From an uncultured beta proteobacterium (lineage in GTDB: Bacteria > Pseudomonadota > Gammaproteobacteria > Burkholderiales > Burkholderiaceae_F), in NCBI GenBank assembly GCA_963811265.1, contig CAWEQS010000026.1, positions 567,756 through 631,755 of the forward strand: 64,000 bases of DNA. The letters are read 5' to 3'. Under the pieces are notes generated by a model. The model had not been told where the DNA came from, did no database searches, and saw only the letters and a list, made by a program, of their open reading frames with translations. Of this stretch, positions 30,330-39,004 are shown piece by piece (within the stretch, counting starts at the first letter, position 1; the number at the start of each line of letters is the position of its first letter). A program made the position numbers and the translations under genes.

Positions 30330-30986
30330 ATGTCAGCGAATGACGATCTTCGTGCGGAAATCGCCGCGACGGCCGCTCGCCTGATCGCCGAGGAAGGCTG
30401 CGAATACGGCCAGGCGAAGCGCCGTGCGGTGCAGGAGCTGGTGGGCGATTCGCGCACGGCGCCAGTTCCGGACAACGCCGCCGTGGAACGCGAAGTGCGG
30501 CGTTACCTCCGGCTGTTCGAGGCGGATTCGCACCGAAGGCTGCTGGCCGGCCTGCGCCAGGCCGCGTCGTCGCTGATGGAACGCCTCGCCGTCTACGAGC
30601 CGCATCTGACGGGCGCCGTCCTGAACGGAACCGCGACCGCGCATTCCGACATCCATCTTCACCTGTATGTCGACAGCGCGAAGGACGTCGAAGTCTTCCT
30701 GCTGGACGCCGGCGTGGAGTTCGAAGTCGACGAGGGTCCGGCCGACGAGCGTCCCCGCATGTTCGAGCGGCTCAGCTTTCTCATGCCCGCTCCGCGGGAC
30801 ATCGGCCTGCCGCGGCAGTTGGACCGCGTCGCGGTGCATCTGCACGTCTATCCGCGGGATGCGATCCGCGTCGCGCCGAGGCACAGGCCGGACCTTGGCC
30901 TCGAACCGGACCTGCACCCGGTCGAAGCTTCCGGACGCGCGGGCCTGCCCGCCGTGCGTCGCCTCATCCAGGACACGGTTCAATGA
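30330..30986 (+). CDS. conserved hypothetical protein, possibly a degenerate nucleotidyltransferase-fold motif
   Basis: 218-aa ORF with normal composition. GAVLNGTATAHSDIHLHLY resembles the G[ST]x(n)DxD NTase motif but has His in place of the second Asp. Its stop overlaps the next gene's ATG (ATGA). Confidence 0.55.
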   Translation: MSANDDLRAEIAATAARLIAEEGCEYGQAKRRAVQELVGDSRTAPVPDNAAVEREVRRYLRLFEADSHRRLLAGLRQAASSLMERLAVYEPHLTGAVLNGTATAHSDIHLHLYVDSAKDVEVFLLDAGVEFEVDEGPADERPRMFERLSFLMPAPRDIGLPRQLDRVAVHLHVYPRDAIRVAPRHRPDLGLEPDLHPVEASGRAGLPAVRRLIQDTVQ

Positions 30987-31525
30987 GCCGGAAGCAGGTG
31001 TGGTGGGTGGCGGCCGCTATCGCGTCGATCGCGCTGGCCGCGGGCTTCACACTCGCCGCGCGGCATTTCTCCACCGGCGGCGCGGGGGCGTCCGCCGAGG
31101 CGTTCTTTGGACGGACGTTCAATGACCTCGACGGCCAGCCGACCGAGATGGCGCGCTGGAAGGATCGGATCGTCGTCGTGAACTTCTGGGCGACCTGGTG
31201 CCCTCCGTGCGTCGAGGAAATGCCCGACCTCCAGCGCGTCCACGATGAGTACGCGGATCGGGGAGTGACGGTCGTAGGACTCGGAATCGACAGCCCGTCG
31301 GCGCTGAAGCGGTTCCGCGACGAGCACCTCCTGTCATTGCCGCTGTTCGCGGCCGGCGCCGCCGGCAGCGAGCTTGCCCGGGCCCTCGGGAACCCATCGG
31401 GTGCGTTGCCGTACACGGTCCTTGTCGATAGAAAAGGGCGTATCGTTCAGGCCCGCCTCGGGCAGGTCCAGCCTGCCGAGCTTCGCCGCTGGCTGGATGC
31501 TCAAACTGGGGCATCGACCCGCTGA
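30983..31525 (+). CDS. TlpA family thiol:disulfide oxidoreductase (thioredoxin fold), membrane-anchored
   Basis: 180 aa with an N-terminal TM helix and VVVNFWATWCPPCVEEMP (CxxC). Confidence 0.88.
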   Translation: MSRKQVWWVAAAIASIALAAGFTLAARHFSTGGAGASAEAFFGRTFNDLDGQPTEMARWKDRIVVVNFWATWCPPCVEEMPDLQRVHDEYADRGVTVVGLGIDSPSALKRFRDEHLLSLPLFAAGAAGSELARALGNPSGALPYTVLVDRKGRIVQARLGQVQPAELRRWLDAQTGASTR

Positions 31526-31625
31526 GCGGCTGGACAGTCTTGCGGAATCCATAGACACTTCGTAGGCATTGGCCTGCTTTTGTAGGCAAATCTCTTTATT
31601 TCTCGTCTTTTTGCCGGAGACGGTC

Positions 31626-32076
31626 ATGTCCGCTCGGGTGCTGGTCCTCAACGGGCCGAACTTGAATCTCCTCGGCACGCGTGAGCCCGGTATCTATGGC
31701 ACGCAAAGCCTCGCGGAGATCGAAGCAGATTTAGCAGAAGTTGCACGCAAAAGCCAGCGCAGAAGTGGTGTTTTTCCAGAGCAATCATGAAGGCGCCCTC
31801 GTCGATCGCATCCAGGGTGCCAGGCGCGACGGCACCGATTTCCTGATCGTCAATGCGGGCGCGTTCACCCACACGAGCGTGGCGATCCGGGACGCATTGG
31901 CTGCCGTCGGCCTGCCGTTCATTGAAGTGCACCTGTCCAACGTCCACCGGCGCGAGGACTTCCGCCGCCACTCGTACCTGTCGGACCTCGCGCTCGGCGT
32001 GATCGTCGGACTCGGCGCGGCCGGTTACCGGTATGCGCTGCAGTACGCGCTGGACCATACGACGAAGACCGGATGA
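31626..32076 (+). pseudogene. aroQ: type II 3-dehydroquinate dehydratase, interrupted by a 1-nt insertion in an A4 run (31749-31752)
   Basis: Frame 0 reads [25 protein letters not shown]...[10 protein letters not shown]. Frame +1 continues [21 protein letters not shown]...[16 protein letters not shown]...IEVHLSN. Removing one A restores a 149-aa AroQ. Confidence 0.9.
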
Positions 32077-32086
32077 AGGAACCCTG

Positions 32087-32545
32087 ATGGATTTGCGCAA
32101 GCTGAAGACCCTCATCGACCTGGTTGCCGAGTCAGGCATCGCGGAACTCGAGGTGACCGAAGGCGAGGACAAGGTCAGGATCGCGAAATTCAGCCCGGCG
32201 CCCGTCGCGCCAACTTCGTCGACAACCCTGATGACGGCGCCGGTGCCCGGCGCTCCCGCCGCGGCTGGCGCTGCAGCGCCGGCCACGCCAGCGCCGGAAC
32301 CGGAGCCGACCGGACACGTCGTCAAGTCCCCGATGGTCGGCACGTTCTATCGCTCGCCCAGCCCCGGGGCCGCCTCGTTCGTCGAACTCGGCCAGGCAGT
32401 GAAGGCGGGCGACACGCTCTGCATCATCGAGGCCATGAAGCTGCTGAACGAGATCGAGGCCGAGGTCGGCGGCGTGGTGAAGGAAATCCTCGTCGAGAAC
32501 GGGCAGCCGGTCGAATACGGGCAGCCCCTCTTCGTCATCGACTGA
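32087..32545 (+). CDS. accB: acetyl-CoA carboxylase biotin carboxyl carrier protein
   Basis: 152 aa from the ATG at 32087 ([13 protein letters not shown]...). It has a Pro/Ala linker and the biotinylation motif [14 protein letters not shown]. Confidence 0.94.
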   Translation: MDLRKLKTLIDLVAESGIAELEVTEGEDKVRIAKFSPAPVAPTSSTTLMTAPVPGAPAAAGAAAPATPAPEPEPTGHVVKSPMVGTFYRSPSPGAASFVELGQAVKAGDTLCIIEAMKLLNEIEAEVGGVVKEILVENGQPVEYGQPLFVID

Positions 32546-32586
32546 CGCACCTGCACGGACACCGAACGCCAGTCCCGACGGACGTC

Positions 32587-33939
32587 ATGTTCAAGAAAAT
32601 CCTCATCGCCAATCGCGGCGAAATCGCCCTGCGGATCCAGCGCGCATGCCGGGAGATGGGCATACGCGCCGTGGTCGTGCACTCCGAAGCGGACACCGGC
32701 GCCAAGTACGTGAAGCTCGCCGACGAGTCCGTCTGCATCGGACCGGCGCCGTCGCGCGACAGCTACCTGAATATCCCGGCCATCATCAGCGCGGCGGAAG
32801 TCACCGACTCTGAAGCGATTCACCCCGGCTACGGATTCCTGTCGGAGAACGCGGACTTCGCCGAGCGCGTTGAGAAGAGCGGCTTCTGCTTCATCGGCCC
32901 GCGCCCGGAGTCGATCCGGCTGATGGGCGACAAGGTGTCGGCCAAGCAGGCGATGGCAGCGGCCGGCGTCCCCACGGTGCCCGGGTCGAACGGCGCCCTG
33001 CCCGAGGATGCGCGGGAGATCGTCAAGATCGCGCGGTCGGTCGGCTACCCGGTCATCATCAAGGCGGCGGGAGGCGGCGGGGGCCGCGGCATGCGGGTCG
33101 TTCACACGGAAGCCGCACTGATCAACGCGGTGACGATGACCAGGCAGGAAGCCCTCGCGGCATTCGGGAATCCGGCCGTCTACATGGAGAAATTCCTGGA
33201 GAACCCGCGGCACATCGAGATCCAGGTGCTGGCGGACCAGCACCGCAACGCGGTGTGGCTCGGCGACCGCGACTGCTCGATGCAGCGCCGGCACCAGAAG
33301 ATCATCGAGGAGGCGCCGGCGCCGGGCTTGAACCGTCGCCTCGTCGACAAGATCGGCGACCGGTGCGCCGAGGCCTGCAGGAAGATCAACTACCGGGGCG
33401 CCGGCACCTTCGAATTCCTGTTCGAGAACGGCGAGTTCTTCTTCATCGAGATGAACACGCGACTGCAGGTCGAGCATCCCGTGACCGAAATGGTGACGGG
33501 ACTGGACCTCGTGCAGGAGCAGATCCGTGTCGCGGCCGGCGAGAAGCTGCGGTTCAGGCAGCGCGACGTCATCCAGAAGGGCCACGCCATCGAGTGCCGG
33601 ATCAACGCCGAGGACCCGTGGAAGTTCACGCCGTCGCCGGGACGCATCACTTCGTGGCATCCGCCCGGCGGCCCCGGGGTGCGCGTCGACTCGCACGCCT
33701 TCGCGGGCTACTTCGTGCCGCCGAACTACGACTCGATGATCGGCAAGGTGATCTGCTACGGCGATACGCGTGACCAGGCGCTCGCCCGCATGCGCGTGGC
33801 CATGTCGGAGATGGTGGTCGAGGGCATCCTCACCAACATCCCGCTGCACCGCGAACTGTTGAACGACGAGAAGTTCATGCTCGGCGGCACCAGCATTCAC
33901 TACCTAGAGAAGCGACTGGCGGCGCGCCAGGTCGGCTGA
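32587..33939 (+). CDS. accC: acetyl-CoA carboxylase biotin carboxylase subunit
   Basis: 450 aa. It starts [17 protein letters not shown] and contains the ATP-grasp block [16 protein letters not shown]. Confidence 0.96.
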   Translation: MFKKILIANRGEIALRIQRACREMGIRAVVVHSEADTGAKYVKLADESVCIGPAPSRDSYLNIPAIISAAEVTDSEAIHPGYGFLSENADFAERVEKSGFCFIGPRPESIRLMGDKVSAKQAMAAAGVPTVPGSNGALPEDAREIVKIARSVGYPVIIKAAGGGGGRGMRVVHTEAALINAVTMTRQEALAAFGNPAVYMEKFLENPRHIEIQVLADQHRNAVWLGDRDCSMQRRHQKIIEEAPAPGLNRRLVDKIGDRCAEACRKINYRGAGTFEFLFENGEFFFIEMNTRLQVEHPVTEMVTGLDLVQEQIRVAAGEKLRFRQRDVIQKGHAIECRINAEDPWKFTPSPGRITSWHPPGGPGVRVDSHAFAGYFVPPNYDSMIGKVICYGDTRDQALARMRVAMSEMVVEGILTNIPLHRELLNDEKFMLGGTSIHYLEKRLAARQVG

Positions 33940-33945
33940 CCCGCG

Positions 33946-34845
33946 GTGCTCGTCGAACTGACGCTCTCGGCGGACGAGCGCAGCGCCGAAGCGCTCGCCG
34001 ACGCCCTGGTCGAGGCCGGCGCCTTGTCGGTTTCCCTCGAGGACGCCAACGCAGAAACGCCGGACGAGCAACCGCTGTTCGGCGAACCCGGGCTAATTCC
34101 CGATCGGCACGCGTGGATGGCGAGCCGCCTTCGGGTGCTCGTCGAGGACGACGAAGGCGAGGCCGTCGTGCTCGCGGCCGCCGAGGCGATCGGCATCGCG
34201 CCGCCTGCGATCGAATGCAGGACAGAGGTCGCGGACACCGACTGGGTGCGAGCGACGCAGTCGCAGTTCCCGCCGACCCGGATCAGCGACCGCCTGTGGA
34301 TCGTTCCCACATGGCACGAGCCACCCGATCCCGAGGCGATCGTCGTCCGCCTCGACCCGGGTGTCGCATTCGGCACCGGAACCCATCCGACGACGCGTCT
34401 TTGCCTGCGCTGGCTCGACGCCAGCCTGCGCCCGGGGGCGAGCGTCCTCGACTACGGGTGCGGCTCCGGAATCCTGGCGATCGCAGCCGCAAAGCTCGGT
34501 GCCTCGCGCGTCGTCGGCAGCGACATCGATCCGCAGGCGCTGCAGGCGGCCCGCGCCAACTCGGAGGCCAACTCGGTCCGGGCCGACTACACTCAGCCGG
34601 ATTCGCTTCGCGCTGGAACGTGGGACGTCGTGCTGGCCAACATCCTTTCGAATCCGCTGATGCTGCTCGCTCCCGCGCTGCTGGCTCGCGTCGCCCCGGG
34701 TGGCGCGCTCGTCCTCTCTGGCGTCCTCGAGCGCCAGGCCGATGAGGTCATCGAGGCGTACCGCGCCGCCGACGCGGGCGTGCCGCTCTCCGTGTGGGCT
34801 GCGGACGAGGGCTGGGTGTGCCTCGCGGGGCACCGCTCGCACTAG
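33946..34845 (+). CDS. prmA: ribosomal protein L11 methyltransferase
   Basis: 299 aa with a GTG start. Motifs include DWVRATQSQF.P, FGTGTHPTT and VLDYGCGSGILAIAA. It follows accC as usual. Confidence 0.92.
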   Translation: MLVELTLSADERSAEALADALVEAGALSVSLEDANAETPDEQPLFGEPGLIPDRHAWMASRLRVLVEDDEGEAVVLAAAEAIGIAPPAIECRTEVADTDWVRATQSQFPPTRISDRLWIVPTWHEPPDPEAIVVRLDPGVAFGTGTHPTTRLCLRWLDASLRPGASVLDYGCGSGILAIAAAKLGASRVVGSDIDPQALQAARANSEANSVRADYTQPDSLRAGTWDVVLANILSNPLMLLAPALLARVAPGGALVLSGVLERQADEVIEAYRAADAGVPLSVWAADEGWVCLAGHRSH

Positions 34846-34863
34846 GCAACGGCATCGACGGCC

Positions 34864-35971
34864 ATGGCGCTCGCCACCAAGTGTCCCCAGTGCGGGTCCC
34901 TGTTCCGAGTGGTCGCGGACCAGTTGAAGCTGCGTGGCGGCCTGGTCCGATGCGGGCAGTGTCGCGCGGTGTTCGACGCGATCGGCAGCCTCACGTACGT
35001 GGAAGACAGCGCGGTCGCGCCGATGCGGACCCCGAAAGAGGAAACGCCGGCTGCGGGTCCTTCTCCCGCCCCGCCCGCTGACGAGGCGCCGGCGACGCGA
35101 CACGCGCTCGGACGATCGACGACGCTCCGCATCTCGCCGGTTCCGCCGGCGACGCTGGCCGGCAACCTTCCTCCGCGTGGCGAGCCCTTCATGTCGCCGC
35201 GCGACGAACCGGCCGTGGTGCGAAGGCGAGACGAAGGGTTCGACTGTCACGAGTCCTGAAGCCGGGGAAGTTCGCGGTGCGGAGACGACCGCCGCCACCC
35301 AGGGTCGCGTGCCGACACTCGTTCGGCCGAACGAAGCGCCCGAGACCGGCCGAGCCGAGGCGGCCGCGGACGAGGGCGTCGAGCCGGTCGCAGGCGCGGC
35401 GCCCGAGTCCGACGACACGCCGCGCGAAGCGGAAGAAACCGAGCGCGCGCCAAGCTTCATGCAGCCGAAGCGTCCGACGCGGCGGGGATTCTCGGTCGTG
35501 TACGGAGGCGGCACTGCGCTCCTCGTGCTGCTGGCCGCAATCCAGCTCGCCGTGATCTACCGCGGCCAGTTGATGATCCACTGGCCGCAGTCCCGCCCGC
35601 TCCTGACGGACCTGTGCAGCGTGTTCCGATGCACCGTCAACTGGCCAACACAGGCCGACCGGCTTGCCGTCATGGGGACGGAACTCCAGTCGATCCAGGG
35701 CACGGACGCCCTGGAGCTGAGTGCATTGATACGCAACCGTGCGGACTTCAGGCAATCGCTGCCGGCCATCGAAGTGACCTTGACCGATGCCCGCAACCGC
35801 CCCCTGGCGCGCAAGGTGTTCACCCCCGCGGACTACCTCGCTTCAGCCGGAGAACCGACCGCGCGGCTGCAGGAAGGACTCGCTCCTGGCAGCGACCTGG
35901 CGATCCGGATCTACTTCGAGGCGCGAGGCCTCAGTCCGGCGGGGTTTCTCGTCTATCCGTTCTATCTGTAA
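34864..35971 (+). pseudogene. MJ0042-type zinc-ribbon plus DUF3426 domain membrane protein, interrupted by a net +1 frameshift somewhere in 35100-35259
   Basis: The N-terminal frame reads MALATKCPQCGSLFRVVADQLKLRGGLVRCGQCRAVFDA, then a low-complexity linker ending at a stop at 35259. The +1 frame carries ...SFMQPKRPTRRGFSVVYGGGTALLVLLAAIQLAVIY (TM helix) and the DUF3426-like C-terminus to 35971. Confidence 0.78.
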
Positions 35972-36026
35972 TCACCAGGGGCGCGCCGACAGAGGCCAGG
36001 CCGGCAGTTCCAGACCCAAATCCAAC

Positions 36027-36962
36027 ATGAGCACACTGATCTGCGGCTCCATCGCATACGACTCCATCATGGTCTTCGAAGGCCGCTTCGCCGACCACAT
36101 CCTGCCGCACCAGGTGCACATCCTGAACGTGTCCTTTCTGGTGCCCGACATGCGCCGGGAGTTCGGGGGCTGCGCAGGAAACATCGCCTACAACCTGAAG
36201 ATGCTCGGTGGGGAGCCGATGCCCATGGCGACGGTGGGCAGCGACGCGCAGCCCTACCTGGACAGGCTCGATGCGCTCGGCATCAGCAGGCGCTTCATCC
36301 GCCAGGTCGAAGGCGCCTACACGGCGCAGGCCTTCATCACCACCGACCTGGACGACAACCAGATCACGGCGTTCCATCCCGGGGCGATGAGCCAGTCGCA
36401 CCTCAACGCTGTCCCCGGGGATGGCACCGTTCGACTGGCGATCGTCGCGCCCGACGGTCGCGACGGGATGCTGCAGCACGCCCAGCAACTCGCCGATCAC
36501 GGCATCCCGTTCATCTTCGACCCCGGCCAGGGCATGCCGATGTTTTCCGGGGAAGAACTGCTCTGGTTCATCCAGCGCGCGGATTACGTCGCGGTGAACG
36601 ACTACGAAGCGAAGTTGCTCGCGGAGAAGACCGGGCTGACGTTGACGGAGCTCAGCCGCAAGGTGCGAGCGCTGATCGCGACGCGCGGTGCCGAAGGATC
36701 GGAGATCCACGTCGACGGTGAAGTGAAGGCCATTCCCGTGGCACCCGCGCGCAAGCTGGTCGACCCCACCGGGTGCGGCGACGCCTACCGGGCCGGGTTG
36801 ATGTACGGGATCGCGAACCGCTTCGACTGGGAGGTGACCGGCCGGCTCGCGGCGGTCATGGGCTCGCTCAAGATCGAGCACAGCGGCGGGCAGAACCACG
36901 CGTACGACCGGATCGCGATCGCCGACCGGTTCACCGAAGCCTTCGGTTACCGCCCCTGGTAG
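36027..36962 (+). CDS. PfkB/ribokinase-family carbohydrate (adenosine-kinase-like) kinase
   Basis: 311 aa from the ATG at 36027 (MSTLICGSIAYD...). It has GGCAGNIAYN and the C-terminal DPTGCGDAYRAG anion-hole motif. Confidence 0.85.
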   Translation: MSTLICGSIAYDSIMVFEGRFADHILPHQVHILNVSFLVPDMRREFGGCAGNIAYNLKMLGGEPMPMATVGSDAQPYLDRLDALGISRRFIRQVEGAYTAQAFITTDLDDNQITAFHPGAMSQSHLNAVPGDGTVRLAIVAPDGRDGMLQHAQQLADHGIPFIFDPGQGMPMFSGEELLWFIQRADYVAVNDYEAKLLAEKTGLTLTELSRKVRALIATRGAEGSEIHVDGEVKAIPVAPARKLVDPTGCGDAYRAGLMYGIANRFDWEVTGRLAAVMGSLKIEHSGGQNHAYDRIAIADRFTEAFGYRPW

Positions 36963-36984
36963 AAGGCGGCCTCGGACCCGCGCG

Positions 36985-37515
36985 TCAAAGGCGGGCCACC
37001 ACCATCTGGACGACGTAGACGCCGATCAGCAGCACCATCGGCGACAGGTCGAATCCGCCGACCGTCGGCAGAATGCGGCGAATCGGCGCCAGCAGCGGCC
37101 GCAACAGGGCCTCGAAGGCGGGCGCGAAGGGCGCGTGCGGATTCACCCAGCCGATCACGACGTAGATGATCGTGACCCACACGATCACGTTCAGCCCCCA
37201 GATGACCAACTGGCGAAGCGCTGCAAGGAGCGCGATGTCCCAGGCAACGGGCATGCCGGCGACGGCGCGCATCAGGACGACCATCAGCAGCGTCACCAGC
37301 AATGCCGCGACCAGCGACGCCCAGTCGGCGCGGCCACGCGCCGGCAACAGGCGCGACAGCGGCCCCACCAGCCAATTGGTCATGGCGTACGCGAACTGAG
37401 CCACCGGATTGCGCGGGGGCATGCCGATGTAGCGCATCCAGGCGCGCAGCAGCAGCAGCGCGACCAGCAGCGAGCCCAGGATGTCGAGCAGGAAGCGCGC
37501 GATGTCGGCGAGCAT
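36985..37515 (-). CDS. yggT: YggT family membrane protein
   Basis: 176 aa and hydrophobic, with two YGGT-type repeats (NP..QF....T.....P.R..LP..GG.D.SP). Confidence 0.82.
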   Translation of the reverse strand: MLADIARFLLDILGSLLVALLLLRAWMRYIGMPPRNPVAQFAYAMTNWLVGPLSRLLPARGRADWASLVAALLVTLLMVVLMRAVAGMPVAWDIALLAALRQLVIWGLNVIVWVTIIYVVIGWVNPHAPFAPAFEALLRPLLAPIRRILPTVGGFDLSPMVLLIGVYVVQMVVARL

Positions 37516-37587
37516 TTGTCCACCGGGGAGTAGGAGCCGCCGATTCTAAGGGGCCCGAAGCGCAGGCGCGGTCCGGACCGCGTCCAC

Positions 37588-37621
37588 AAGAAAAAGGGCG
37601 CTCGAACGAGCGCCCTTTCTT
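37588..37621 (-). terminator. rho-independent terminator after the histone-like gene
   Basis: AGGGCGCTC-gaac-GAGCGCCCT flanked by an A run and a T run. On the minus strand the stem is followed by TTTTTCTT. Confidence 0.7.
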
Positions 37622-37641
37622 GACTCGCAACTCGTCGAGAG

Positions 37642-38109
37642 TTACGGACGGCTGCCGGTCGGGAACGGCCAGGCGGCTGCCGGGTTGAGCGCCGTCTTCG
37701 CGCCAGGTGCGGCAGGAGCCGGCGTTGCCGCAGGCGCGGCCGGCGCTACGGCCGGTTTTGCGGCGGGTTTCGGCGCAGCGGGCTTCGGCGCAGCTGCCTT
37801 CGGCGCAGCGGGCTTCGCCGCCTTCTTCACGGCTTTCTTCACGGCCTTCTTGGGCTTCGGCGCAGCTTTCTTGGCGGCACGCTTCGGCGCTGCCTTCTTG
37901 GCTGCCTTCTTGACCTTCGCTTTCTTGACGGCCTTCTTGACGGTCTTCTTGACTGCCTTCTTGGCGGCCTTCTTGACCTTCGCCTTCTTGACGGTCTTCT
38001 TCACCGCCTTCTTGGCGGCCTTCTTGACCTTCGCCTTCTTGACGGCCTTCTTGGCCTTGGTCACGGCCTTCTTGGCCGGACGCTTCTTGGCGGCTTTCTT
38101 GGTTGCCAT
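37642..38109 (-). CDS. histone H1-like Lys/Ala-repeat DNA-binding protein
   Basis: 155 aa from the ATG at 38107-38109, with an AGGAGA Shine-Dalgarno 5 nt upstream. It begins MATKKAAKKRPAKKAVTKAKK..., followed by an (A/P)-rich region and ...NPAAAWPFPTGSRP. Confidence 0.8.
   Translation of the reverse strand: MATKKAAKKRPAKKAVTKAKKAVKKAKVKKAAKKAVKKTVKKAKVKKAAKKAVKKTVKKAVKKAKVKKAAKKAAPKRAAKKAAPKPKKAVKKAVKKAAKPAAPKAAAPKPAAPKPAAKPAVAPAAPAATPAPAAPGAKTALNPAAAWPFPTGSRP
37894..38050. repeat. imperfect tandem coding repeats (period 63 then 51 bp) inside the histone-like gene
   Basis: CTTCTTGGC(G/T)GCCTTCTTGACCTTCGC(C/T)TTCTTGACGG recurs starting at 37894, 37957 and 38008. It encodes KKAKVKKAAKKAVKK units. 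Confidence 0.8.
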
Positions 38110-38202
38110 GTCACTCTCCTGATGAAGATTGCCTGAAGGAGCCAGCGACGACGCATTCCGGTCCGGGCGCAAGATGGCCCTCGAACACGGGCTGGAATGC
38201 CA

Positions 38203-38228
38203 CACCGGCTGCCCGAAGGCAGCCGGTG
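38203..38228 (-). terminator. strong 11-bp hairpin between the two Lys/Ala-rich genes (terminator or processing site)
   Basis: CACCGGCTGCC-cgaa-GGCAGCCGGTG, 23 nt after the stop of the small gene. No clear U tract follows it. Confidence 0.35.
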
Positions 38229-38250
38229 AGCGCTAGCGAAATGCTGCTAG

Positions 38251-38403
38251 TTACTTCTTCGCCTTCTTGGCGGTCTTCTTGGCAGCTTTCTTGGCAGTCT
38301 TCTTCGCCGCCGGCTTCTTCGCTACTTTCTTGGCCGCTTTCTTCGCGGTTTTCTTGGCGGCTTTCTTGGCCGGGGCCTTCTTCGCAGCTTTCTTCGTTGC
38401 CAT
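38251..38403 (-). CDS. small (50 aa) histone H1-like Lys/Ala-rich protein
   Basis: My own translation gives MATKKAAKKAPAKKAAKKTAKKAAKKVAKKPAAKKTAKKAAKKTAKKAKK. An AAGGAG Shine-Dalgarno lies 8 nt upstream of the ATG at 38401-38403. It is below the size cut-off of the ORF track. Confidence 0.65.
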   Translation of the reverse strand: MATKKAAKKAPAKKAAKKTAKKAAKKVAKKPAAKKTAKKAAKKTAKKAKK

Positions 38404-38632
38404 TTGAAACTCCTTCGGTCTATCTACCTAGGTTGAGAAGGAAACCCGGCACGCGGCGCAAGCCGCCAGCCGGGCTATTCATCGGCGCACGCAGATGCTC
38501 TGTCGCCGCGGCACCCCCAGAAATGCGTTTGATCCGCAAATCCGAGCTGAGCGCGGAACGTGCAGCGCACTGACCGCTGACGCTGATGAATTCGGCACGG
38601 CGCGCGCGGGAAACGAAGACGACCGGCGCGCG

Positions 38633-38660
38633 CAAAAAAAACGCCGGAAGCATTCCGGCG
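38633..38660 (-). terminator. rho-independent terminator
   Basis: On the minus strand, CGCCGGAA-tgc-TTCCGGCG is followed by TTTTTTTT (plus-strand A run at 38634-38641). Confidence 0.75.
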
Positions 38661-38862
38661 TCTGTCTGATCGGGTGAAAGCTGCTGCGACTGCTTGGTCT
38701 TCAGGCCGGCTTTTTCAGAGGGAGCGAGACCGCAAGACGGTAGGGTCTCGTTCTGCGTTGGAGCCTGGTCCTCTGCGTTTACCTGACGACTATGTGGGTC
38801 TGTGGTCAATTCAGCGGTCGATCGATGTCTGTTGAACAATCTGATCGAGCAACTAAACAACG
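38634..38862 (-). ncRNA. candidate sRNA (~230 nt) or independently transcribed non-coding unit downstream of nrdB
   Basis: A minus-strand TTGCGA (38892-38897)-N17-TAAAAA (38869-38874) promoter-like motif lies in an AT-richer region. The internal hairpin GAGACC...GGTCTC is present, there is no ATG-initiated ORF, and the unit ends at the 38633-38660 terminator. The ends are estimates. Confidence 0.25.
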
Positions 38863-39004
38863 ATTCGCTTTTTACTCGCAAACAAAATTCATCGCAAGAA
38901 TTTTCTGCGCGCGACATCGAGTTATGTGCGATTTGTCCCACTTCTCTTGCGTTCAATTTCGCGTGATCGCCACGCTTCGCGCGCGCCATCGCATCACTCA
39001 CTCA

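Noticed and set aside
37685-38122. 145-aa plus-strand ORF made of FLAAFLTAF repeats, which looks like a polytopic membrane protein
   Set aside because: It is the exact antisense of the Lys/Ala repeat gene (AAG/GCC codons read backwards). The minus-strand gene has the Shine-Dalgarno and the terminator.
38420-39001. 193-aa minus-strand ORF in the nrdB-downstream gap
   Set aside because: It reads straight through a strong rho-independent terminator, has odd composition and has no Shine-Dalgarno. The region is more likely non-coding (see the sRNA candidate).
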